Below, piece after piece: positions 38,312-48,190 of a stretch of DNA of 64,000 nt. Under the pieces are notes generated by a model. That model was not told the DNA's origin. It worked only from the letters and a program-made list of their open reading frames with translations, and ran no database searches. The translations under genes and the position numbers were made by a program. Origin of the DNA: Candidatus Obscuribacteraceae bacterium (lineage in GTDB: Bacteria; Cyanobacteriota; Vampirovibrionia; Obscuribacterales; Obscuribacteraceae). Every line of letters begins with the position of its first letter. Within the stretch, counting starts at the first letter, position 1. The stretch is from assembly GCA_044229845.1 (NCBI GenBank), contig JBGASG010000004.1, forward strand, positions 1 through 64,000, given 5' to 3'.

Positions 38312-39892
38312 ATGGCACCACTTCCCGATGCCGGTGATAGCAAGAGTCCGAGCGCCCAGGGCGACACCACTGCACCCACTACGGTACTGTACGACGATGT
38401 GAACACGACGCGCCAGCAGCAACGCACAGGCACGGGCAGTGGCTCCGGTGCCGGGACTGACGGCAAAGACAAGGACGACAAAGATAAGGACAACGAAGGC
38501 GGCATCCTGCACATCGACTGGAAAAAAATCTTCGGCGATATGGACGAAGACCCTCAGCCCAACACCGAAAAGCCAAACCCAGACGCAGTCGATGCTTTCA
38601 ACAAGTTAAAGGAAGAAGTTCGAAAGCGCATCGCCGAGGGCATCAAGGGCGAATTCGAGAAAAAACCACAGTCCAAAGAAGATCCCTGGGGCGGCAAGTC
38701 GCCCGCAGAATCGATAACCGCCTCGGCGATCAATCAAGGCGGCAACCCTGATTGTTTCTTCGAATCGGCTCTGGCGTCACTCGCCAACACCAACAAAGGC
38801 AAGGAAATGATCGAGAAGATGATCACTGCCAACGACGACGGCAGCTTCACCGTCAAATTCCCAGGCGCCGACAACGCGGTCACCGTTACCAAACAAGACA
38901 TCGCCGACAGCGGCACCACCAACAACGAGCCATGGTCGAGAGCCATGGAAGCCGCATTCCTCAAGTACAACGCGCAGGATTGGCATGGCAACCCGATCAC
39001 AGACGGCGTGGGCGCCTTCCTCGACGTGCGCACCATGAACGACGCCGTCCGTCTGCTCACCGGCAATCAGGTAGCCACTACGCAGTTCGCCTTCACCGAC
39101 CTCGGCTCCGGCAAGCTGTCACTCGGCTCTATATCCGAAGACAACGTCGAGAATCAGCTGAAATGGGCGATGGAACACGACGCCGTCGTCACGGCCGGCG
39201 CCAGCCCCAGTTTCGCAAAATGGGTCGGAGGTAATGACCCGGGCGTGATTCCCGACCAGCATGCCTACAGTGTCCTGGCTTACGATGAGAAGACCAAAAC
39301 AGTGACAGTGCGCAATCCCTGGGGAAGCAACCCCAAACCATTAGACAAGGAAGGCGCCACTGCCAACGGTATCACCAACGCCGGCGACGGCAAACTTACC
39401 ATGTCCCTCGATACCTTCTATCACACGTTCAGCGACATGTCCGTCGAAGGTCGAAGCGACCTGTATAACACCGTTGAGAACACGATCACCGACGCCATTA
39501 ATGTGCCGAAAAACATCACCGAAGCCGGTTGGGACCTGCTGCACGGCGACCTAAAAGGCACCGGCGCTCACCTGGTACACGCTTTCGATTCGTTCATGCA
39601 CGGTCAGCAAAACGGGCTTAATGGCGCCAGTCACCTCTTCTTCGACTACCTCGGCTACGCCGCCAAGCACCCGCTGCTCAACTTCATTCCTGGCGCAACT
39701 CCGATTGCGTTTACCGTCGACCAGGCTAAGCAAGCCCTGCCACTCGTCGTTGACAAAGTCGAGGATCTGGGCGAATCCGTAGTCGAAGTCGGCAAAGATG
39801 TAGTCGATGTCGGCAAAGACGTGGTGAGCACCGGCACGAGCATAGTTACGGCCCCGATCAAGGGACTGGGCAAGGTGTTCGGCATCGGCTAA
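38312..39892 (+). CDS. Calpain-like (C2 family) cysteine protease
   Basis: QGGNPDCFFESALASL (Gln, Cys), HAYSV (His), RNPWG (Asn); AAGGAG RBS. Confidence 0.85.
   Translation: MAPLPDAGDSKSPSAQGDTTAPTTVLYDDVNTTRQQQRTGTGSGSGAGTDGKDKDDKDKDNEGGILHIDWKKIFGDMDEDPQPNTEKPNPDAVDAFNKLKEEVRKRIAEGIKGEFEKKPQSKEDPWGGKSPAESITASAINQGGNPDCFFESALASLANTNKGKEMIEKMITANDDGSFTVKFPGADNAVTVTKQDIADSGTTNNEPWSRAMEAAFLKYNAQDWHGNPITDGVGAFLDVRTMNDAVRLLTGNQVATTQFAFTDLGSGKLSLGSISEDNVENQLKWAMEHDAVVTAGASPSFAKWVGGNDPGVIPDQHAYSVLAYDEKTKTVTVRNPWGSNPKPLDKEGATANGITNAGDGKLTMSLDTFYHTFSDMSVEGRSDLYNTVENTITDAINVPKNITEAGWDLLHGDLKGTGAHLVHAFDSFMHGQQNGLNGASHLFFDYLGYAAKHPLLNFIPGATPIAFTVDQAKQALPLVVDKVEDLGESVVEVGKDVVDVGKDVVSTGTSIVTAPIKGLGKVFGIG
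39779..39820 (+). repeat. Two imperfect 21-bp tandem units (VVEVGKD/VVDVGKD) in the calpain C-tail
   Basis: GTAGTCGAAGTCGGCAAAGAT GTAGTCGATGTCGGCAAAGAC. Confidence 0.8.
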
Positions 39893-39913
39893 ATCCCGGC
39901 CGCATCAGACTTA

Positions 39914-40642
39914 CTATGTCGCCGGCTTCTTCAGCAGGTCACGGCTCTTATTTACGAAGTCCATCAACTCAGGCACACGCTGCTTAACCGCTTCTGGTGA
40001 GAGCTTTCCATCACCATACAGGCGCTGCACGGCTAGATCGTTTGCTTGCTCAGGCGACACCAAGGCTTCCTCCCGGCTCAACACCGTGCTGGACGAAAAG
40101 AGGCTGACCACTGGGATGTTCTGCCAGTCACGGTCGCCCGCCAGAGCCGGAAACATTTTGTCTATGTAATCAGCATACCGATGCTCGTCCAGGTTGCGCG
40201 CCATCCCGTGCAGGGTGCGACTGACGATGTTCTGATGAACGCCGAACAAGTCCTTCGTCATCATCCCCCAGGAGTTGAGCATGAAGTCGCGCGCCTCCTT
40301 ACCCATCAACTCGCCCTCTTTCTTGAACTCATAGATGTCGGCCGCGGTGTCGAAGTCAATTTCGCTGATAGTCTCCGGATCACCAGTGGCGCTGGCAATA
40401 GAATTGAAATGCTGGCTGACGGCCTGGACAAACTCAGGTCGCAGGCTCGTTTGATTGGGATTGCGGCTGAGAGCGTTGACTTCCGAACGTTCCACGCTGC
40501 CGTTGCCGTCCAGATCCATGCGCACAAACGCTTCTTTGTAGGAGGATTTCATCGTCCAGGTGTCTGAAACGACCGTATCCAGAGCGCGCTCCAGAGGCGA
40601 GGCCGCCTGGCGAAAAGTAATCCCGTCTTGTTCCGTTCCCAT
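39914..40642 (-). CDS. EF-hand-containing hypothetical protein
   Basis: DLDGNGSVERSE canonical EF-hand loop. Confidence 0.7.
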   Translation of the reverse strand: MGTEQDGITFRQAASPLERALDTVVSDTWTMKSSYKEAFVRMDLDGNGSVERSEVNALSRNPNQTSLRPEFVQAVSQHFNSIASATGDPETISEIDFDTAADIYEFKKEGELMGKEARDFMLNSWGMMTKDLFGVHQNIVSRTLHGMARNLDEHRYADYIDKMFPALAGDRDWQNIPVVSLFSSSTVLSREEALVSPEQANDLAVQRLYGDGKLSPEAVKQRVPELMDFVNKSRDLLKKPAT

Positions 40643-40644
40643 CT

Positions 40645-41448
40645 CTAATTCCTCTGGTTGGCGGCAATTCTTTGGGAATCTCCCGGCAGTTCTTTGAGAA
40701 ACGCCCGGATGTCTGCGTGGTCACGACTGTTGTAGTAGCCGCCGTTCCACATGCCATAAGCCTTGCCGGTCGTCGACTGGCGTTCTGCCATTTCTCGTCT
40801 CAGATAGTGGTTGGCGATCATGGCGTCGGTCATCGCTGTAGCAGTCATGGCATTGACGTCATCGAGCATGATGCCGTGCTCCAACTCGGTATTGCGTGCT
40901 ATAAAACCACGAGACGCATCCGGGCTCAGTCCGGCTATGTCGTCTTCGCGCTGGAGAAGATAGGTGGCTAGTATTTTCTCGTCTCCGGCCGACACCTCCT
41001 TATTGTTGAGCAGCTCAGCATGTTGCAGACTGCCATCACCGTTTATGTCTATCCGGCGAAAATTCTCCGCGGCGTATTTCTTCGCCGCATCCGCCAGAAT
41101 CAAGTCCTGCTGCTCGCCGGCATGGAATTTAGCTAACCGCTCCACGCCCGCACCGGTTATATCTGACCCGCCCTCACCCAGTCCAGCTATGGCACTGAAG
41201 TGATTATGCATCGCCTGCAACGCTTGCTTTTGACCGGCGGGCAGGTAGTCAGCTTCCAGGAGTCCCCGCATGGCGAATTGCCCCATGCCATTTTCCATCG
41301 GGTGAATGGCATTGATGAGAGTAGCGCGATATTGCAGCGACTCCAGAGAAATGGCCGCCAGCGTCTTTTGCAGCGGGCTGTCCGGATCGCTGGTCTTTTC
41401 GGGCGTGAGGAAACTGCCGCCTTGCAGGCGGTCCGAGAATTCAGCCAC
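40645..41448 (-). CDS. EF-hand-containing hypothetical protein
   Basis: DINGDGSLQHAE EF-hand loop; GTG start with GGAGG RBS. Confidence 0.7.
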   Translation of the reverse strand: MAEFSDRLQGGSFLTPEKTSDPDSPLQKTLAAISLESLQYRATLINAIHPMENGMGQFAMRGLLEADYLPAGQKQALQAMHNHFSAIAGLGEGGSDITGAGVERLAKFHAGEQQDLILADAAKKYAAENFRRIDINGDGSLQHAELLNNKEVSAGDEKILATYLLQREDDIAGLSPDASRGFIARNTELEHGIMLDDVNAMTATAMTDAMIANHYLRREMAERQSTTGKAYGMWNGGYYNSRDHADIRAFLKELPGDSQRIAANQRN

Positions 41449-41634
41449 GGGTTAACCTCCGCGGGCGCACAGGGAAGGAGTGTCGCCAATTACCTCGTGC
41501 TTATATGCAAGTCAACGGATTTCTAGACACGCCTTCCGTAACCAACGCCTCGAAATTGGAAACAAACGCTTGCCATTCGCGACCGCTACCCTTAACATAG
41601 CCCGGCAGTGGTGCATTTGGCGCCCGGAGAAAAA

Positions 41635-41724
41635 ATGCTGTCAATCGCGACAATCGCAAATAGCTGGTGGTGGACCCGGAATGAACAGGGTGAGCCAATG
41701 GCTTGTCGCGTTTCGGCGCCGTAA
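41635..41724 (+). CDS. trpL: trp operon leader peptide (29 aa, WWW)
   Basis: GGAGA RBS; MLSIATIANSWWWTRNEQGEPMACRVSAP*; TGGTGGTGG at 41665-41673, just upstream of trpE. Confidence 0.85.
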   Translation: MLSIATIANSWWWTRNEQGEPMACRVSAP

Positions 41725-41744
41725 CTATTAACTAGATACAGCAC

Positions 41745-43151
41745 TTGGACACCTGTACGCCGGTTTCAGCCTTCCACACACTCACCCAGGGGTCGGACAG
41801 CCCGGCGTTTCTGCTCGAAAGCAGCGAAGGAGACCACCGCCTGGCGCGCTATTCATTCGTAGGCATCGACCCTTGCGAGACGATTTCCTTACGCGGCGGC
41901 ACAGCGACGATTAGCGATCTCGTGCATGGGCAGCCGCCCCGGAAAGAAACTTTTGCCAATCCGCTCACCATACTGCAAGCAGCGGTGGAACGTCACAAGC
42001 TGGAAGTCACTGCCGAGAATCAGCTTCCCTACCCGTTCTCAGGCGGACTGGTTGGCTACTCCGGCTATGGACTGACCCAATACTTCGAAGGCATTCAGCA
42101 GCAAAAAGCCGATCCATTCCAGGTGCCTGACGCCTTCTATGGCGTTTACGACGCGGTTGTAGTATTCGATCACCAGTACCGCCGCATTCATATAGTGTCA
42201 CGCCGCGGACAGGCGCACGCCGATCAGATTGCCGCCCGCCTGCGCAACCCCAGCTCCCTACCCGCCTTACCGGTTCCATCCACCTATCAGCTGCCGCCGT
42301 CTGAAGAAACTTGCGCCCTCAGCCCGGAAGAATTCAAAGCCCTGGTGCAAGAGGCGCAGGGCTATATAGCCGAGGGGCAGGTGTTCCAGATTGTCGTCGC
42401 CCAGCGCTTCGCGCTGCCGGCGGTGGCGAGTGCGCTCGATATCTACCGCATTTTGCAGGCGCTCAATCCCTCGCCCTATGCCTACCTGCTGCGTCTGCCC
42501 GGATTTGAATATCTGGGGTCGTCGCCGGAGACTTTCGTCAAGTGCGAAGAAGGGCAAGTGCTTTTGCGCGCCATTGCCGGCACGCGGCGCCGGGGACGCG
42601 ATGCCGCCGAAGACGCGCTCATGGCCGAGGAATTGCAGCAAAGCGAAAAGGAACTCGCCGAGCACCACATGCTCGTCGATCTGGGACGAAACGACCTGGG
42701 GCGCGTTTGCCGCGTCGGGTCCGTCAAGCCGGGCGCGCTGGCGCAGCTGGTTAAATACACGCACGTCATGCATCTGGCGACGGAGATCTCAGGCGCGCTT
42801 GCGCCCGACAAAACGTGCTTCGACGTGTTCCGCAGCTGCTTCCCGCGCGGCACAGTATCAGGCGCGCCGAAGGTGCGGGCGATGGAACTGCTTTCCAGAC
42901 TCGAGAAAGAACGCCGCGGCGTTTACTCCGGCGTGGTCGGATACTTCGATTTCCGCGGCAATATCGACGGCGCCATCGCCATAAGGTCTGCACTGATCAA
43001 GGACGGCGTCGCCCACGTTACCGCCGGAGCAGGCGTTGTGTTCGATTCCGTCCCCCACGAAGAATACCTGGAGACGCGCAACAAGGCACGCAGTGTACTG
43101 CAATCGATTGCCGTCGCCAACACACTGGCTCAGGGAGGGCAACTGGCATGA
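41745..43151 (+). CDS. trpE: Anthranilate synthase component I (start uncertain)
   Basis: TPVSAF, LLES, ARYSF, NPSPY, SSPE, IAGT, AEHHMLVDLGRND, GTVSGAPK. Confidence 0.93.
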   Translation: MDTCTPVSAFHTLTQGSDSPAFLLESSEGDHRLARYSFVGIDPCETISLRGGTATISDLVHGQPPRKETFANPLTILQAAVERHKLEVTAENQLPYPFSGGLVGYSGYGLTQYFEGIQQQKADPFQVPDAFYGVYDAVVVFDHQYRRIHIVSRRGQAHADQIAARLRNPSSLPALPVPSTYQLPPSEETCALSPEEFKALVQEAQGYIAEGQVFQIVVAQRFALPAVASALDIYRILQALNPSPYAYLLRLPGFEYLGSSPETFVKCEEGQVLLRAIAGTRRRGRDAAEDALMAEELQQSEKELAEHHMLVDLGRNDLGRVCRVGSVKPGALAQLVKYTHVMHLATEISGALAPDKTCFDVFRSCFPRGTVSGAPKVRAMELLSRLEKERRGVYSGVVGYFDFRGNIDGAIAIRSALIKDGVAHVTAGAGVVFDSVPHEEYLETRNKARSVLQSIAVANTLAQGGQLA

Positions 43152-43735
43152 TTCTCGTGATCGATAACTATGACTCTTTCACGTACAACCTCTATCAGAG
43201 CCTGCAAGCACTGACTCCAGAGCCTGTCCTAGTGCGCCGCAACGACCAGATCACGACGGACGAGATTGCCGAGATGAAGCCGACGCATATCGTCCTCTCG
43301 CCGGGACCTGGGCACCCAGCCAACGCACGTGACTTCGGGGTCTGCGCGCAAGTGATCGACAGACAAGAAGAATTAGACTGCGCAATCCTCGGAGTCTGCC
43401 TTGGTCATCAGGGTATCGGGCATCACTTCGGCGCCAATGTCGGGCGCGCGCCCTCAATCGTGCACGGCAAGGCTAGTGAGATCGACCGCGACGAAACGCC
43501 GCTGTTCCACGGCGTGCCCGAGACATTCAAGGCGATGCGCTATCATTCGCTGGTCGTCAATGAAGACGCCGACTTCCCTGACTGCTTGCAAGTGCTCGCC
43601 CGCGACCGGCAGCAAAAGCTGGTGATGGCAATGCGTCACAAAACCCGCCGCCTGTACGGCGTACAATTTCACCCAGAGTCTATTGGAACAGCAGACGGCA
43701 ACACCATTCTGGAGAACTTCCTGACGCGATGCTAA
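43148..43735 (+). CDS. trpG: Anthranilate synthase component II
   Basis: IDNYDSFTYNL, SPGPG, GVCLGHQ, RYHSL, QFHPES. Confidence 0.95.
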   Translation: MILVIDNYDSFTYNLYQSLQALTPEPVLVRRNDQITTDEIAEMKPTHIVLSPGPGHPANARDFGVCAQVIDRQEELDCAILGVCLGHQGIGHHFGANVGRAPSIVHGKASEIDRDETPLFHGVPETFKAMRYHSLVVNEDADFPDCLQVLARDRQQKLVMAMRHKTRRLYGVQFHPESIGTADGNTILENFLTRC

Positions 43736-44751
43736 GCTCCTCCATACCTGGCATGCAATCGGAGCAGGAGCTGTCCCAACTGGCTGAGCAACTGGTCTTT
43801 CAAGAGCTGTCTGCGCCGCAAGCGCAAACACTTCTGCTGGAATTGACGCCGGAGAAAATCACGCCGGCTGGCTTTGCCGCCATCGTGTCCGCCGTGCGCC
43901 AGGTCGTGAGCAATGAATATGCCGGCTTCGCGCAGTCTTCCCGCTCCTTCGACTGCTGCGGCACAGGCGGCAGTGGTTTGCCGCACTTCAACACGTCGAC
44001 GACGGTGGCATTTGTTTTAGCCGCCGCAGGCGTGCAGGTAGCGAAGTTCGGCAATCGCAAAGCCACAGGAAAGAGCGGCAGTTTCGACCTGTTGGAGGAA
44101 CTGGGCTTTCCGGCGCAGATCCCAGCTGCAGCAGCGCAGCGAGTCATGGAAGAAACTGGGCTGGTGTTTCTTTTCGCGCCCGCCTGTTATCCGGCACTGG
44201 CGCATTTGAGTGCCGCCCGCCAGGCACTCGGTCAACGGACAGTCTTTAACTACATTGGCCCCTTGCTCAACCCTGCAACGCCTGCCCGTCGACTGATCGG
44301 CGTCTCCGACCTCAATATGCAGGAGTGCATCGCGCACAGCCTCTGCCTGGAAGGCACCACCGAGAAAGCGCTGGTGGTGCGCTCCGCGAACGATGTCGAC
44401 GAGCTGGAGCCGGGTTCGCTCAATCACATGGTCCACATCGAGGGTTCTAATCAATCAGCTCTCCAGCACGATTTCGCTCAGTTCGCCGCTACCGGCGATA
44501 GTTTGTCCGGCGGCAAGCAGCATCTAACTCCAGCGCGCAACAAAGAACTGTTTGAACAGATCATTGGCGGCATCGACCGCCAATCGCCATATGCAGCGCT
44601 CGTGCGCGTCAACGCGGGGGCGGCACTTTTTGCTGCCGGCAAGGCAGCCAGCCTGGAGTCCGGTCACGACCTGGCAGCGTCGCTTCTGGCAGACGGCACC
44701 GTACAACAGCAGTTCAATAAGGTGAGGGCGGCGTATGCGCGACATTCTTAG
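43729..44751 (+). CDS. trpD: Anthranilate phosphoribosyltransferase
   Basis: DCCGTGGSG, FNTST, AKFGNR, RTVFN..GPLLNP. Confidence 0.92.
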   Translation: MLSSSIPGMQSEQELSQLAEQLVFQELSAPQAQTLLLELTPEKITPAGFAAIVSAVRQVVSNEYAGFAQSSRSFDCCGTGGSGLPHFNTSTTVAFVLAAAGVQVAKFGNRKATGKSGSFDLLEELGFPAQIPAAAAQRVMEETGLVFLFAPACYPALAHLSAARQALGQRTVFNYIGPLLNPATPARRLIGVSDLNMQECIAHSLCLEGTTEKALVVRSANDVDELEPGSLNHMVHIEGSNQSALQHDFAQFAATGDSLSGGKQHLTPARNKELFEQIIGGIDRQSPYAALVRVNAGAALFAAGKAASLESGHDLAASLLADGTVQQQFNKVRAAYARHS

Positions 44752-45493
44752 CGAAATTGTCGAACACAAAAAGGAAGAACTGCGCATTCGCAAAGCCGCA
44801 GCCCGGCGCAGCGCTTGCGAGATCAGCCGCGCCAGCGGTCGTTTCTTCAAAGCGCTCTCCGGTTCTGGATTGAGATTGATAGCCGAGGTCAAACCTAAAT
44901 CGCCGTCGGCTGGACAATTAAGCCAGAACAACCTGGAACAGCTGCTCGCCGCATACGGCAAACATGCTCATGCCCTCTCGGTTTTGACCGACGAAAAGTA
45001 CTTCGCCGGCAATCTGGATTTGTTGCGGACCGCCGCCGAGAAAACCGGACTGCCGGTCTTGTGCAAAGACTTCTTCATCGATGAGTTTCAAGTGCATGAA
45101 GCGTACGATGCCGGCGCCGATGCCATTTTGCTGATCGTCAAGATCCTCACGGACGAAACGCTTTCGGCGCTGCACACGCTCGCTCTGCAGCGGGGCATGA
45201 CGCCGGTCGTCGAAATCCAAAATCAGTCTGAGCTGGAACGCGCATTGTCACTCAATCCGCAGGTGATTCTGATCAACAATCGCGATCTGACGACGTTCGA
45301 CATAGACTTTGAAACGACCAGAAAACTGGCTCCCAAAATTCCGGAATCAGTTCTGGTCATCTCGGCCAGCGGTGTCGACACCCGCGCCAACATCGAGTCT
45401 CTTCTGCCATGCGCGCAGCGCTTTCTGGTCGGTTCATCCATAATGCGCAGCGAAAACCCTGAAACCAAGTTGCAGGAGTTGCTGGGACTATGA
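44735..45493 (+). CDS. trpC: Indole-3-glycerol phosphate synthase
   Basis: IAEVKPKSPS, SVLTD, LCKDF, INNRDL. Confidence 0.93.
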   Translation: MRDILSEIVEHKKEELRIRKAAARRSACEISRASGRFFKALSGSGLRLIAEVKPKSPSAGQLSQNNLEQLLAAYGKHAHALSVLTDEKYFAGNLDLLRTAAEKTGLPVLCKDFFIDEFQVHEAYDAGADAILLIVKILTDETLSALHTLALQRGMTPVVEIQNQSELERALSLNPQVILINNRDLTTFDIDFETTRKLAPKIPESVLVISASGVDTRANIESLLPCAQRFLVGSSIMRSENPETKLQELLGL

Positions 45494-46122
45494 CCTTCCA
45501 AGTGAAGATTTGCGGCATCACCAACGTCGACGACGCGCTGATTGCAGTTGAAGCAGGCGCAAATTACATCGGGCTGATATTTGTTGAAGCAAGCCCCCGC
45601 TGCATTTCGCCATCCGCCGCCGCGTCCGTCGCCGCGCAGTTGCGAGGCAGCGATTGCCGCCTGGTGGGAGTGTTTCTGAATGCAGATCAAGCCCACATCG
45701 AAGCTGTGAGAGAAAGCGTGGCGTTGGATTTCGTGCAGCTGCACGGGCAAGAAACCCAGGCGTTGTGCGCGGCCGTCGCACCGGCGATCAAGGCTGTCAC
45801 CTCAGTGGAAGATGCCCTGTCCTTCAAAGATCACGCCGATATGATTCTGCTCGACCGCCCTAAAACCAGTGCCGACGCACAATTTATCGAGAGCATCGCG
45901 GCACATCCTTCACTGCCGGTGGTACCACCTTTTCTTCTAGCCGGCGGCTTGAACCCGGACAATCTCGCCGCCACCATCGAGATGTTTCGTGACTGCCCGA
46001 CACTTCTGGGCTTCGATGCAGCATCGGGAGTGGAGGAAGCGCCCGGACGAAAAGATGCAGCCAAAGTAAAAAGGTTTTGTGAGATCGCGCGCACTGGAGG
46101 AAGATATGCAAGCACAAGGTAA
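45490..46122 (+). CDS. trpF: Phosphoribosylanthranilate isomerase
   Basis: VKICGIT, QLHG, LAGGL, SGVE..PGRKD. Confidence 0.93.
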   Translation: MTFQVKICGITNVDDALIAVEAGANYIGLIFVEASPRCISPSAAASVAAQLRGSDCRLVGVFLNADQAHIEAVRESVALDFVQLHGQETQALCAAVAPAIKAVTSVEDALSFKDHADMILLDRPKTSADAQFIESIAAHPSLPVVPPFLLAGGLNPDNLAATIEMFRDCPTLLGFDAASGVEEAPGRKDAAKVKRFCEIARTGGRYASTR

Positions 46123-48190
46123 ATTCGGCGACTTCGGAGGCACTTACGTTCCAGAAACGCTGGTGCCGGCGCTCGATGAGCTGCAGCATGCATTTCTAGA
46201 ATGCCAGTCGGACAGCGCGTTTCTCGCTGAGCTCAATGACCTTTTGCGCAACTGGGGCGGCAGGCCGACGCCGCTTTACTTTGCCAAAAATCTGTCGCAG
46301 GCATTCGGTGCCAACATATTCTTCAAGCGCGAAGACGTGATGCACGGCGGCGCTCACAAGACCAACAACGCGCTCGGGCAAGCGCTCTTAGCGAGGCGGT
46401 TGGGCAAGAAACGGATCATCGCCGAGACGGGCGCCGGACAGCACGGGGTTGCCGTGGCTATGGTTTGCGCCTTGCTGGGGCTGCAAGCCGAAATATATAT
46501 GGGCGAAGTTGATATGCAGCGGCAAAAACCCAATGTCGATCGCATGCACCTCTTGGGCGCCAAGGTGCACCCTGTGACCACTGGCGGACGCACACTCAAA
46601 GATGCGATCAATGAAGCGCTGCGCGACTGGGTGAGCAATTTGTCGACCACCCACTATCTGCTGGGAACCGCAGCCGGTCCACATCCTTTTCCCACCATGG
46701 TGAAGTTTTTCCAGAAGTTGATTGGCGAGGAAGCGCGTCAGCAGTTTGCCGAAGTTGCAGCAGAACCAGACGCATTGCCTGATTATGTGGTTGCTTGCGT
46801 CGGAGGCGGCTCCAACGCGATCGGTATATTCGCAGGTTTCGAAGCCGATCTGAGAGTCCGGCTGGTGGGCGTAGAGCCCGCAGGCAAGGGGCTTGATACC
46901 AGTGAACACGGGGCGGTGCTGGCATTGGGAACACCGGGATGTTTGCACGGTATGAAGAGCTATGTGCTGCAGACCGAAGATGGTCAAATTCTGGAAACGC
47001 ACAGCCTGTCAGCCGGACTGGACTATCCATCGGTGGGACCGGAGCATGCGCACCTGAAGCAAATCGGACGCGCATCGTACTTCAGCGCCACCGATGAAGA
47101 GGCAGTCTGCGCCTTCGAAGAGACCTCACGCCTGGAAGGCATTATTCCGGCTCTGGAAAGCGCGCACGCCATCGCGTATGCGAAGCAGTTGGCGGCCCGC
47201 GCGCCAGGCTCCAAAATCCTCGTCTGCCTTTCAGGCCGCGGCGACAAAGACCTGGAACACGTCGCGGCATACAGGCGCGGCTCAAAAGCGGCAGCGGCAC
47301 ATAATCCTGCCGGTGGTATTGCCACCACGGCGGCGGCGTGCCCAGCGGCTGCACGGGCGTTCGTCACAAAACCAGCAAGTTCAGTGGTTGATAGATACTC
47401 GTTACTCTCGGAAAGGCTGAAGGCAGAGAATCGGCAAGCATTCGTCCCCTTCACCGTACTGGGCTGGCCTGATAAAGACGAGTCGCTCGCTTTAATCTCG
47501 TCACTCATCGAGTCAGGCTCCGACGCCCTTGAGCTGGGCGTTGCCTTCAGTGAGCCGGTCGCGGACGGCCCCGAAATTCAGCGCGCCGTCAATGAAACTC
47601 TGGCGACAGGATTTACGTGCGACGACGCATTCGAACTGATCGCCGCGGTACGCAAGCAGCATCAAGAGATTCCAATTGGTCTGCTCGTTTATTACAACGT
47701 CGTGCTCAAGCGCGGAGTTCGCAACTTCTATGCGGCCGCTCACCAGGCAGGCGTTGATTCAATCCTGATTGCCGATCTGCCCGTGGAAAGCGCCGATGAA
47801 GTGTCCGCCGCCGCCGGCGAGTTTCACATCGCGCCCATCTTCATCGTTTCTTCACTGACCAGCGACCAACGGCTGGCGGCTATCGCCGGTCTGGCGCGCG
47901 GGTACATCTATGTGGTGTCACGATTGGGAATTACTGGCGTGGAAGAGCGTTACGATGCAGACCTGCAAAATTTGCTTTTGCGCTTGCGTCGCCAAACGAA
48001 GCTGCCGCTGTTTGTCGGATTCGGCGTATCGACGCCGGAGCAAGCGCAAAAGATAGTGGCGCTGGGAGCCGACGGAGTGATCACCGGATCGCGCGTTATT
48101 CAATTGGCGCGCAGCCAGCGCTCGTCCGTTGCAGAGTACATTGAGTCTATGAAACAGGCAGTCGGTCCCAGATCTGGAGCGCCAGTCTAA
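46106..48190 (+). CDS. trpBA: Tryptophan synthase beta-alpha fusion (TrpB N-terminal, linker, TrpA C-terminal)
   Basis: TrpB: HGGAHKTN (PLP Lys), [20 protein letters not shown]; no stop; ~37-aa Ala-rich linker; TrpA: AFVPF, LELG, ADGP, GITG, VGFGVS; GGAGG RBS before ATG 46106. Confidence 0.9.
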   Translation: MQAQGKFGDFGGTYVPETLVPALDELQHAFLECQSDSAFLAELNDLLRNWGGRPTPLYFAKNLSQAFGANIFFKREDVMHGGAHKTNNALGQALLARRLGKKRIIAETGAGQHGVAVAMVCALLGLQAEIYMGEVDMQRQKPNVDRMHLLGAKVHPVTTGGRTLKDAINEALRDWVSNLSTTHYLLGTAAGPHPFPTMVKFFQKLIGEEARQQFAEVAAEPDALPDYVVACVGGGSNAIGIFAGFEADLRVRLVGVEPAGKGLDTSEHGAVLALGTPGCLHGMKSYVLQTEDGQILETHSLSAGLDYPSVGPEHAHLKQIGRASYFSATDEEAVCAFEETSRLEGIIPALESAHAIAYAKQLAARAPGSKILVCLSGRGDKDLEHVAAYRRGSKAAAAHNPAGGIATTAAACPAAARAFVTKPASSVVDRYSLLSERLKAENRQAFVPFTVLGWPDKDESLALISSLIESGSDALELGVAFSEPVADGPEIQRAVNETLATGFTCDDAFELIAAVRKQHQEIPIGLLVYYNVVLKRGVRNFYAAAHQAGVDSILIADLPVESADEVSAAAGEFHIAPIFIVSSLTSDQRLAAIAGLARGYIYVVSRLGITGVEERYDADLQNLLLRLRRQTKLPLFVGFGVSTPEQAQKIVALGADGVITGSRVIQLARSQRSSVAEYIESMKQAVGPRSGAPV

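Noticed and set aside
39779..39820. Tandem 21-bp repeat as a possible CRISPR or VNTR
   Set aside because: Only two in-frame coding units, no spacers, no cas genes
42815..43147. N-terminal extension of the trpG ORF
   Set aside because: Overlaps trpE in another frame; the true start is ATG 43148 in an ATGA overlap
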